38,985 bases of DNA from positions 1 through 38,985 of the forward strand of contig JAUCBJ010003890.1 in assembly GCA_032718475.1 (NCBI GenBank), in the 5' to 3' direction. The stretch is from Nemertoderma westbladi. Lineage: Eukaryota > Animalia > Xenacoelomorpha. Every line of letters begins with the position of its first letter. Positions within the stretch are counted from its first letter, which is position 1. This document shows, piece by piece, positions 1-9,792 of this stretch. The translations under genes were made by a program, and so were the position numbers. Under the pieces are notes generated by a model. The model saw nothing but the letters and a program-made list of their open reading frames with translations, did no database searches and was not told where the DNA came from.

Positions 1-480
1 GTTAAAGGATATATGCCCTTTATAATTAAACCTACTAGTGTACGACTAAAAAACAGTAAAGCACAAAATACTTCCAAGCCGTTCTTTCTTTGGCTCAGGA
101 CTGAATGTAAACACTGCACATAGGCATTGCGTCATTTCTCGGAAATTTTCTGTACAAGGAGCCACAAAAACGCTCTCATTGGCTGACTGAACTGAGAGAC
201 GCCGTAGAACAAAGGAAATCAACACGTATGAATGTCAGCTGTTAACCGTAGTCATAGTAACTACTGTTCAAGAGTAGCTATCACCCTTTTGCGTCACGAA
301 TTGCCATAGAATCATAAAATATGCCTTTCACAGTACACATACGGAGGAAATAGGTCTTAGATCCTCTAAAAACACCGATACAGCAATAATACGGTCTCTT
401 ACACTTATTAAATCAACTACAGAGTATTTTAATGTAAAAGATAATAAAAATAACGGGGCAATTCAGCAAAGGCTTTTACA

Positions 481-505
481 GGACCGGACCGGACCGGACC
501 GGACC
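481..505. repeat. (GGACC)5 microsatellite
   Basis: Five exact pentamers. Confidence 0.9.
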
Positions 506-527
506 ATACCATTGTATGATTTATTTT

Positions 528-2402
528 GACAGAGCTTAAAGTGGAAACCGTTCGCCCATGTGAAGAATACCAAGATTTCACTTTTCGGTCGACTTTTTAT
601 TGGAATTTTATATATGTGACCCAACACATAGAAAGGGGTCAATTGACAAAAAAATGGTTTTTAACTTTTTGTTGGTTTTATATAGATAATTTAACGGAGA
701 ATTTCCCATTGAAAACCATTTGTTAATATCTCTTTTCGTTTTTGAGTTATTGTAGATTTAGTAAGACAAGGTTCTGAGATAATTTCATAGCAACATTCTG
801 AGAAAATTCGATTTAAAATTTTCAAAGCTTCCCGCCATTTTCAGAAACCGCTGTGATTTTTCAAACATCATTTGAACATTTCTGAATGGAATGGATATTC
901 AATAACATCAACATAATTATAGCATTGGAAGTTTCCATGAACAGTTATTTAATTTAATATATTTTGTCAGTTTTAAGGTTTGACAGATTCTTTACATGTA
1001 TGTTTGTCTGTCTGTATGCATACCCTTATCTTATTTTGTCTATGAAATAATAAAGAAATTGCATTACCTAGTCAAAATATTTGCTACCGGGGGATTTCTT
1101 GGAATCTACACTGTCAGTATGTTTGTATGTCATTCTGTTTGTCTGTCTGTATGTATGTATGAATGTATGTCTGACTTACAGACATACATATAAACAGACA
1201 GTAAAGATGATGTTAAACGTAAAAACTGATATCGGAAATGAGTTCGCCGACCTAGAAAACCCCCATAGCCATATTTTGGATAGGGTTAAATACTATTCTT
1301 AATTTTTTGACGGACATACATACAGACAAACAGACTGACTGACTTACAGACATACATAGAGACAGACCGTCAAGATTTCGTAAACATGAAAAACTGACAT
1401 CGAAAATGGATTCACCGACCTGGAAAACCCCCCAGAGCCATATTTTTGTAAAGTTACATTATTTTTTATTTTTTTAACTGACATACATACAGATAAATCG
1501 TCTGACAGACAGACATACAGACATACATAGAAACATACAGTTAAGATGATGTTAATCGTAAAAACTGATATCGGAAATGAGTTCGGCGACCTAGAAAACC
1601 CTCATAACCATATTTTAATAAGGTTGAATGATTTTCTTAATTTTTTGACGGACATACATACAGACAAACAGACTGACCGACATACAGATATACATAGAGA
1701 CAGACAGTTAAGATATCGTAAACATGAAAAACTCGCATCGAAAATGGATTCACCGACCTGGAAAACCCCCCAGAGCCATATTTTTGTAAAGTTAAATTAT
1801 TTTTTCACTCACTCACATACATACAGACAAACAGACTGACAGACAAATAGACAGACATACATAGAAAAAGACAATTAAGATGCTCTCAAACGTAAAAACT
1901 GATACCGGAAATGAGTTCGCCAAACTAGAAAACCCCCATAGCCATATTTTGGTGAGGTTATATGATTTTCTTTATTTTTTGACTGACAAACAGACAGACA
2001 AACAGACAGACAGACATTTTCTGTAAGTACTGTAACCTTAGAAGTTATTTTTTGGGATTCTACGTTAAATTTCGATCTTAAATCAATAAAAAAATGAAAT
2101 TTAAATTTTTTTTTGTTTTCTATGATTTTTTCATATATTTGAAATTTCTGGAAAATGAGATTATTTGAAATTGATGTGTTGGGTCACATATGAAGATTTT
2201 TTATTTTTTTTAATTTATCTTTATTACCGGTAAGTATTTTATAGCGCTTATTTCTGTCTTATAACCTGTACATATACTATTTCGTTTATTGTTTTGGTTA
2301 AATTCAGCCCTTCTGTAACCTGTGTTTTTTTGTGAAAACCTGGTATTCTTCAGTGAAAACCTGGTATTCTTCACATGGGGTAAACCGTGGGATGTTCAAA
2401 CC
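528..2402. mobile_element. Old non-autonomous TIR element (possibly Mutator-related), split by a nested element
   Basis: CCCATGTGAAGAATACCAAGATTTCAC (~555-581) is inverted at ~2353-2379 with 25/27 identity. Possible degenerate TSD tttatttt/tttattta. Carries the shared internal module at 2261-2322. Confidence 0.5.
612..2191. mobile_element. Non-autonomous DNA transposon with 18-bp perfect TIRs and internal tandem repeats
   Basis: ATATGTGACCCAACACAT (612-629) and ATGTGTTGGGTCACATAT (2174-2191). Interior has repeated GGAAATGAGTTCGCCGACCTAGAAAACCCC-type units with GACA/CATA microsatellites. No transposase. Confidence 0.8.
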
Positions 2403-2560
2403 TTTATTTAAATTGAGTAGTATCTCCTAATATCTAAGTCAATATGTTCATGGTGAAGTGAGTGGACTGAGAAAATAGTTAAAGTTTAGATTTCTATATC
2501 TAAAGAATTCCAAATAGAATAGGCGAGCAGGGAGTTTAATTATCTTTACTCGGTTTCTAG

Positions 2561-2790
2561 GTGGTTCTTCACGAAGAGAAGAAATATTACCCCACAGCTG
2601 AAGAGGTTTACGGGCCGGAAGTAGAAACTATAGTGCAAGAGGAAGACACCCAACCACTAACCGAACCAATCGTACACCCAGTTAAAGTAAAACGATTCTC
2701 TCACATGGTTGGGGAGCAAAACGATCTGCCACGGACCACTTACGATCTTGAGTTTCTTACTGATATTATGGATAACCCAGATCTTATAAG
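2561..2790 (+). CDS. EFTUD2: EFTUD2/Snu114 internal exon (N-terminal region)
   Basis: Encodes [36 protein letters not shown]...MDNPDLIR, the Snu114-specific N-terminal segment that EF-2 lacks. Acceptor tttctag at 2554-2560, donor GTGAGT at 2791, phase 2. Confidence 0.96.
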
Positions 2791-3277
2791 GTGAGTTATT
2801 ACTGGATAACGCAGAACTTATAAGGTACCGGTATTAAAGTAAAGACGCCGTCAAGGTACCTAAATTCAACCGCGCCGAAACTAATATTTTTGCCGGCCAT
2901 TAGCCACTGACTATTTTTACAGGATATCAACTCTAAAGCACTTAAGGAGTTAGGCCAACAGATATACCAAAACACCACACCATAGTAGGGCCTATTAATG
3001 TTTCCAAAACATATTCAATCTCACAACTCAGACTTTAATTGAACAACTATTAGTATAGTATATGGTACCCTACAATCATCTGTTACATGTGGGGCGAGTC
3101 AGAACTGCGAGTCATCAACTATTATATAATTATACTGTGGCGGTTTTCCAAAAGCCTGTTAGTGTGCGGATGTTGGGGCTGTGGGTGGGTGTATTTTGGA
3201 AGCCAATATCAGAATATAACTAGCCATAGTATAATTATAATTGTTCGTTAAGATGGGCTGCAGTTTCTGCTACATGG

Positions 3278-3884
3278 AGGCTCCACTAAACTCGTGTACA
3301 TAAGTCTGCAAGTGTATAACTAGGTCAGGTCAGGTATTCTAGGTCATCCATCAAGAAAACTTGCCACCTCCATGCAGCATAAAGGAGGTGCCACCTGTAG
3401 CTGCATAGACCCTCTTACTAGGGCAAATCTGGTCCTGTAACTAGGACCCCCTTCGTTCTGGGATAAGGGCGCCCTTGGTCCTGGATTAAGGACCCATATA
3501 CTTGGCTGCAGGGGTATATGGCCTGACCAGGCAGATGGTGATCTACCAATGGCTGGTCAGGAGTAGAGTGTTCTCATGTCCACTCTGAGAGCACTTCACT
3601 GCGACCTGCACCTGGCAGCAAGGGTACAGGGCATGACCCAGCAGATGAGCTGCAACAGCCAATGGTGGGTCATGTGCGCCAGAGTAGATATGGGTGATGG
3701 GCCTCATATCTGACTCCATTGCGACACCCACCCTGTGGAATGGCAAACCAGGGTGTGGTATTTGCCCCGAGAGCTGACAAGCCGGCACAGCATTCTTAAA
3801 AATGCAGCTGCAATGCAGCATGCCGATCCTAGTAGTAGTAGGCTCCACTAAACTCGTGTACATAAGTCTGCAAGTGTATAACTA
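3278..3884. mobile_element. ~0.5-kb GC-richer insert flanked by exact 45-bp direct repeats (SINE or retroposon-like)
   Basis: AGGCTCCACTAAACTCGTGTACATAAGTCTGCAAGTGTATAACTA at 3278-3322 and 3840-3884. The insert is bordered by short GGTCA and AGT microsatellites. Confidence 0.6.
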
Positions 3885-4492
3885 AAAAATCATTCAGCTG
3901 GCTAGCTATTCCCAGGAACCTATTGTAATAGACATTCGCATTCTTTGAATCCAGGGCAACAGTTTGTGTTGGATTCTGTGAGAGGGGCGGGCTATCAGCT
4001 GGGTAAAATGTTGTTTGCCTATGGACAGAGAGAGAGAGAGAGAGAGATCCCACTCTGTATTCCCTCTGGTTTGACTGAATAATGTAATTAATGTTTGCCA
4101 AAAGTCATTAACCTCCCTCGCGGATTTTTAAATACAGCAATTATTATATTTATAATTATTCAAATCTTACATAATATTTGTCTTTAAACAATTTTTTACC
4201 TATTTTGTAGAGTTAATTTATTAGTAAGAGTGCATTGTGTTATTAAAACTTGATTTAGTTATATGAGTAACACTAAAATTTAATGTACCGGTACGTATTT
4301 GACATGCTACTTATTTATTTATTTTAAATCAACCCTATTTCGACCATTGCAACTAACCACAGTGTAAATAATTACATTGATGTAATTACAATTACATTAT
4401 AATAAATAAATATAAATATATTATTTCTTTGGTTGTTCTGTAATCTAATTTGTCTAAATTCATCAGTCAAACACATGAATTCACTTCATGGC

Positions 4493-4861
4493 TCAATCCA
4501 GTTCATATTGAATGTAAAGTAAAGTTTTACAAATCGTTTGAGAAACGAATAATCCTGTATCTCCAAGCACGGCCATCCCACCGAATCCGTTTACTGGGAT
4601 AGAACCGAGCCTGATATATTTCTTCAACTTGGGAACAAATGTATAAACTCCAAGACAATGATCTCCTTCTTCATTCAATGGAACTAGCCAATGAGACCAT
4701 TTGCTTCTTTTACCGATTTTCCGGGCTTTTCCTATTTGCAAACCTTTCTCGCCTTTTATAAGGATCGCTAGTTCTATTGGAATGGTATCGTTGCATACGT
4801 CGGCAGACTGATAATTAGGAAGAGTTTGACTAAAGTCAGTATATTCATATGCATAGAATAG
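4493..4861 (-). pseudogene. Antisense ORF fragment with a beta-propeller (NHL-like) C-terminus
   Basis: Frame is open from 4861 to the stop at 4493. GGMAVLGDTGLFVSQTICKTLLYI resembles an NHL blade. No ATG; could be an exon or a decayed ORF. Confidence 0.35.
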
Positions 4862-5488
4862 CTAACGTATTTGAATCAATCGAATTTGGGTCAATCAATC
4901 CCATATTTGCTGTGCAGCTCAGCTCACTAGCTTTGCACGTCCTTGAACTCGGTTATGATTGGTTAATTTAATATATCCTACTAAATAATCATCCTAAAGC
5001 CAAATATGTTTCACATGTTATTCAACGCAATTTCTTCTCATAGTATGATTACTGACTGTAAGATAACAGATTTATATAATAGTGCTGTGGGTCCAATAAA
5101 TTTATTCATTTTCTCTGTTAAATATTTATTAAAAGAAAAGGGCAGGTTACCGAGACATTTTATTCTAACCGAAACAATAAACAAGAATCAATTAATTTTT
5201 GCTCGTAATCAGTTATTATGTGCACATATGTTGTGCCCCCCGCGATCTAGATGACTATGGGGGTAATATTTTTCTTTAGAAGAGTAGGTATTTATTATAC
5301 AGTAGTAAGGGATGTGGGGGGGGGGGGGGGGGTCCAAATGTGGATATGCCTTGCACGTGCTGGACTATAAATTCGATATACTTAGTAAGCTATTTGATAA
5401 TTAGGCAGGAATAGCACATACGATTGATACACACTAGATAAATGAATACGTTAAGTGTTGTATGTATGTATACAAATACGGACTTTAG

Positions 5489-6163
5489 TCAAACGGTAGA
5501 ATTAACTATTTCGGAAATTTTCATGGTGTGGATTCCGTAGAGTATATTAACGTGAGATTTGAGTATAACAGTATATCCGTTGCTCGTATGTACATGACGA
5601 TCGATAATGTCAACTATATAGCCTAGCACTGGCTTATGTTTGTAGTTATTGTTATTGATACAGATATGAGCGACTTTAGGATGGAAACATCCTACAATAG
5701 ATATACAATCTTCTGTAGCTGCGATCCACATGGGTCTATCATAATGGAAATGTGGAAAAAGGAATTTGACTAACGGGTTAATTGTATTATCAACACCCGA
5801 GAGAAATTTAATCTGTTTGTTTGTGGATTCACAAAATTTATTTAATGACAACGGACGTTCTTCCGTTTTCAGAGTTATTAAACCATCTTCGTTTTTTATT
5901 GCGTATAATAAAAGCCGATTTGTGAGAGAATCTGTTATTCCTAGAATATTCAGATCACTTCTATTATAAATAGCAATAGGCCCTATCCCCCAGATTCCAA
6001 TCTTCTGATAGTCAAACACTGAACGTCCAGTAAACCTTGGCGAAAAAATTCCTACTGTCCTTCCATATTCGAATATAGTTGGTTGTGTTGGGAGGATTGG
6101 TGTAGTATAGGTATGTGCTAGTAAGTAGTATAGGTTTGTTACTCCCCGCAACGGGCCCAGCAT
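5489..6163 (-). CDS. Antisense 224-aa ORF, possibly NHL/beta-propeller-like
   Basis: A 675-nt non-repetitive open frame is unlikely by chance in AT-rich DNA. ILGITDSLTNRLLLY and FHYDRPMWIAATEDCISIV resemble NHL repeat segments. Confidence 0.45.
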   Translation of the reverse strand: MLGPLRGVTNLYYLLAHTYTTPILPTQPTIFEYGRTVGIFSPRFTGRSVFDYQKIGIWGIGPIAIYNRSDLNILGITDSLTNRLLLYAIKNEDGLITLKTEERPLSLNKFCESTNKQIKFLSGVDNTINPLVKFLFPHFHYDRPMWIAATEDCISIVGCFHPKVAHICINNNNYKHKPVLGYIVDIIDRHVHTSNGYTVILKSHVNILYGIHTMKISEIVNSTV

Positions 6164-7823
6164 TGTGTCCCACTACTTACATGCAATCACAGGTCTCCAT
6201 TCATATCCACGTCATATTTCATCCAATCGGATAGAGAGAGCATCAATCATTCCTTATTCCAGCCAATCAGATTCCTCCATTTATATAATGTCATATGTTT
6301 CTTGGACAAGACTAGTTGTCCCTCGCTTGCCCGCTAGGGGCGTTCTAGGTTACCACGAAATTCCTTCTGATTCAGGAGTTGTTTGTGGGTGTCTGGTGTA
6401 AGTAGCGGGTCTCTGCTTTCAGGTATTGTGGGTGTCTACAATCGGCTTTTAAGCGTTTGCTTTGTGGTGTATGCTTTTGGGTCTCTACTTTCAGCTGTGG
6501 GGAGGTGTCTGCAGTTAGCAGCAGGTCGCGTTGGTATTTGGGTGTCGTAGGTGTCTGCTTCTAGGAGCCAGGATCGAACTCTTAATCGCTTGTCTTCCAA
6601 TCAAGTCTTTCCATCTCACCCAGATAGTCGAACAGAGAATTTTATTTCTTCCCTTATTCATTTATTTAGGTTAATTTTATATACCTTTTAGATTTCGAAG
6701 TAGAAAGCTGATGGAAATGTACGATCAATCTCCATTTTATGATTTGTAAGGGAGAAAAATTTCAAATAAAATTATATCGTATACAACATTATGTAATTAT
6801 CGTTTTTTTTTTATAATTATTATTTCAAACGAAATATTTGTTCCCGAATAAGTAGAAATATAGTACATTTTGGGTGGACTACTGTAATATTTAAAATAAA
6901 ATTATTTTTGACGCCCCTTAGCGGCCAGAGCCAAAATATATATTTTTGTGTTATAATTCTTTTATTTACCGAAGTTGTAGTCCTGATTTATTTGGAATCA
7001 GAATGGTCTTTTACGTTAAAAAAGTAGAACATAATTTTTGTTTCGAACTTTTCAAGGAAAATACCGCTATTTTTCAATATATATTTCAAATTTTTAAAAA
7101 TGTTTTTCAATCATTTATTTTCATAAAATTTTATATAACAGATGAACAATTGCTAAACTCCAAAAACTGCTCGAATTTTATTATTGCACGCATTATATAC
7201 TAGCTTTCAATTGATACCACAAACTTTCAAATTGGTTAAAAAATAGCTCAGGAGTGGTGGTGGTTTAAAATTTAAAATGTACCATTCCCAGATAATTGTC
7301 TTTAAAATTTGATGCAATCCACAATTGGTAAGCCCAATGCGGAGTGCATTAAGAATGTTATGCCGGCTTATCAACAATAACTTCCGTCGGAGATGTGAAA
7401 AATATCCAGATTGCAAGTAAAAATATCGCGAGTAAAATTATCACAGCGTTCAATCCCGGGTCGCCTCTTCATTCAGCTAAAATCAGACACACGTGCAACA
7501 TCCAGGCACTGATTTGACCTGCTGCTAACTGCAGACACTTTTGGAACAACTAGTTTTGTTTTGGAAATGGATGAAGGAATAGAAATTGAGGAATCTGATT
7601 GGTTGAAATAAATAACAAAATGATTGGCGTCATAAAAAAGGAAGCATATGATTGGTTAAAGTGTGAAATGGAGGTCTGTGATTGGTTAAGATGAGTATTC
7701 AGGGTGGTGTTGCAATGCTGGCCTGCAGGTAACATTGAGTCAGGGAATCACAAACCTATTATACCCATCGGTGGACGACAATACTTATAATATCCGATTT
7801 CAGGTTGTTGTGATTGGTTGTTT

Positions 7824-7888
7824 ATTTATTTATTTATATTCGTACATGGCAAATCAAATATATATATATGAATAATGCACAGTACACC
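7824..7888 (-). mobile_element. 65-bp 5'-truncated retro-insertion with (AAAT)n tail
   Basis: Interrupts a repeat unit exactly (GATTGGTTGTTT^AATGAATC). The minus strand ends ATAAATAAATAAAT. Confidence 0.6.
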
Positions 7889-9792
7889 AATGAATCAGCT
7901 ATCGCCTCACCAACACCATCTCCAGATTGTTGTGATTGGTTGTTCGGTGACCCAGCTATCGCCTCACCAACACCATCTCCAGATTGTTGTGATTGGTTGT
8001 TCGGTGAACCAGCTATCGCCTCACCAACCCCATCTCCACATGGTTGTGATTGGTTGTTTGATGAACCAGCTGTCGCCTCACCAGCACCATCTCCAGATGG
8101 TTGTGATTGGTTGTTCGGTGAACCAGCTATCGCCTCACCAACCCCATCTCCACATGGTTGTGATTGGTTGTTTGATGAACCAGCTGTCGCATCACCAGCA
8201 CCATCTCCAGATGGTTGTGATTGGTTGTTTGATGAACCAGCTATCGCCTCACCAACACCATCTCCAGATGGTTGTGATTGGTTGTTTAATGAATCAGCTA
8301 TCGCCTCACCAACCCCATCTCCAGATGGTTGTGATTGGTTGTTTGATGAACCAGCTATCGCCCCACCAACACCATCTCCAGATTGTTGTGATTGGTTGTT
8401 CGGTGAACCAGCTATCGCCTCACCAACCCCATCTCCACATGGTTGTGATTGGTTGTTTGATGAACCAGCTGTCGCCTCACCAGCACCATCTCCAGATGGT
8501 TGTGATTGGTTGTTCGGTGAACCAGCTATCGCCTCACCAACCCCATCTCCACATGGTTGTGATTGGTTGTTTGATGAACCAGCTGTCGCCTCACCAGCAC
8601 CATCTCCAGATGGTTGTGATTGGTTGTTTGATGAACCAGCTATCGCCTCACCAACACCATCTCCAGATGGTTGTGATTGGTTGTTTGATGAACCAGCTAT
8701 CGCCTCACCAACACCATCTCCAGATGGTTGTGATTGGTTGTTTGATGAACCAGCTATCGCCCCACCAACACCATCTCCAGATTGTTGTGATTGGTTGTTC
8801 GGTGAACCAGCTATCGCCTCACCAACCCCATCTCCACATGGTTGTGATTGGTTGTTTGATGAACCAGCTGTCGCCTCACCAGCACCATCTCCAAATGGTT
8901 GTGATTGGTTGTTTGATGAACCAGCTATCGCCTCACCAACACCATCTCCAGATGGTTGTGATTGGTTGTTCGGTGAACCAGCTATCGTCTCACCAACACC
9001 ATCTCCAGATGGTTGTGATTGGTTGTTCGGTGAACCAGCTATCGCCTCACCAACCCCATCTCCAGATGGTTGTGATTGGTTGTTCGGTGAACCAGCTATC
9101 GTCTCACCAACACCATCTCCAGATGGTTGTGATTGGTTGTTCGGTGAACCTGCTATTGACCCACTAACTGTGACCTCAGGTGGTTGTGATTGGAGGTTTG
9201 GTGAACCAGTTATTGACCCTAGAACTCTGACCTCTGATTCTTGTAATTGGTTTTTCGACCCTCTATCACTCGCTACTGATTTACAAATTATCGAAGTTGA
9301 ATGCGATGGTTGACACGGGGCATCTCTTATACTATGAACAGGTTCAATTAGTTGTAGACTCCCAGTATTAGTTGGTGCCGATACTACCGGAGATTGTAGT
9401 AAGGCCGCGTTTGAATGCTCATTATTGGTGATTTCTTGGATAGCCGGAAGAGATGGGATGGCATGTAATTGGTTGAGGTAACTGGCTTCCGGTAGCATCC
9501 GCAGTTTTTGTTCGAATTCAATGAAAATATTTTGAGTTTCGTGTTGGTCGTGCAGAAAGGCGAAGAAGATGGATACATCTTCATCGGGTCGTCTCATTAA
9601 GCTGTTTCCGAGATTATAGATAATATCCACAGTTTTAATACGATTACCTGGGGGTCCTTCAATGTCTTCTAGTTGTGCGTGATTAAATACACCGTGATAA
9701 TATAATAGTTTGAGTATCTTTGATGGATTATAATGTTTGATAGTTAAAATCTCCATGCACAAGCTTAGAACCTTCTCTTTATCAGTTCTCAT
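7834..9792 (-). CDS. Nested antisense intronless gene: N-terminal CARD-like domain, linker, 19-aa Ser/Gly/Asn/Gln repeats
   Basis: 652-aa ORF with ~550 nt of non-repetitive open frame before the repeat. Residues ~1-100 show a CARD-like helical pattern (DKEKVL...ILKLLYYHGVFNHAQLEDIE...KTVDIIYNL...RRP....IFFAFL). Confidence 0.65.
   Translation of the reverse strand: MRTDKEKVLSLCMEILTIKHYNPSKILKLLYYHGVFNHAQLEDIEGPPGNRIKTVDIIYNLGNSLMRRPDEDVSIFFAFLHDQHETQNIFIEFEQKLRMLPEASYLNQLHAIPSLPAIQEITNNEHSNAALLQSPVVSAPTNTGSLQLIEPVHSIRDAPCQPSHSTSIICKSVASDRGSKNQLQESEVRVLGSITGSPNLQSQPPEVTVSGSIAGSPNNQSQPSGDGVGETIAGSPNNQSQPSGDGVGEAIAGSPNNQSQPSGDGVGETIAGSPNNQSQPSGDGVGEAIAGSSNNQSQPFGDGAGEATAGSSNNQSQPCGDGVGEAIAGSPNNQSQQSGDGVGGAIAGSSNNQSQPSGDGVGEAIAGSSNNQSQPSGDGVGEAIAGSSNNQSQPSGDGAGEATAGSSNNQSQPCGDGVGEAIAGSPNNQSQPSGDGAGEATAGSSNNQSQPCGDGVGEAIAGSPNNQSQQSGDGVGGAIAGSSNNQSQPSGDGVGEAIADSLNNQSQPSGDGVGEAIAGSSNNQSQPSGDGAGDATAGSSNNQSQPCGDGVGEAIAGSPNNQSQPSGDGAGEATAGSSNNQSQPCGDGVGEAIAGSPNNQSQQSGDGVGEAIAGSPNNQSQQSGDGVGEAIADSLVYCALFIYIYLICHVRI
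7889..9260. repeat. 57-bp minisatellite: 22 near-perfect plus ~2 degenerate units
   Basis: GATTGG recurs every 57 nt from 7934 to 9131. Unit is approximately GATGGTTGTGATTGGTTGTTTGATGAACCAGCTATCGCCTCACCAACACCATCTCCA. Confidence 0.97.

Noticed and set aside
1-475. Kolobok- or Crypton-like MITE starting TTAAAGG
   Set aside because: The right end does not give a convincing TIR or TTAA, and the left context is cut by the window edge.
996-1839. Short ORFs in the GACA/CATA-rich region
   Set aside because: Translations of the internal repeats of a non-autonomous transposon, with no protein features.
3641-3665. Hammerhead ribozyme (CAGATGA-GCTG/CAGC-CAAT)
   Set aside because: The core would need CUGAUGA and GAAA; both are mismatched and the second copy fits worse. 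Kept only as an unknown motif.
7207-7480. Small ORFs or a TM peptide downstream of the minus-strand CCAAT cassette
   Set aside because: The frames are short, lack a consistent ATG and show no recognisable homology.
7814-9313. Plus-strand 499-aa (CDWLF repeat) and 430-aa (HHLQMVVIGC repeat) ORFs
   Set aside because: Both are almost confined to the stop-free 57-bp array. Only the minus frame extends far into unique, domain-like sequence.
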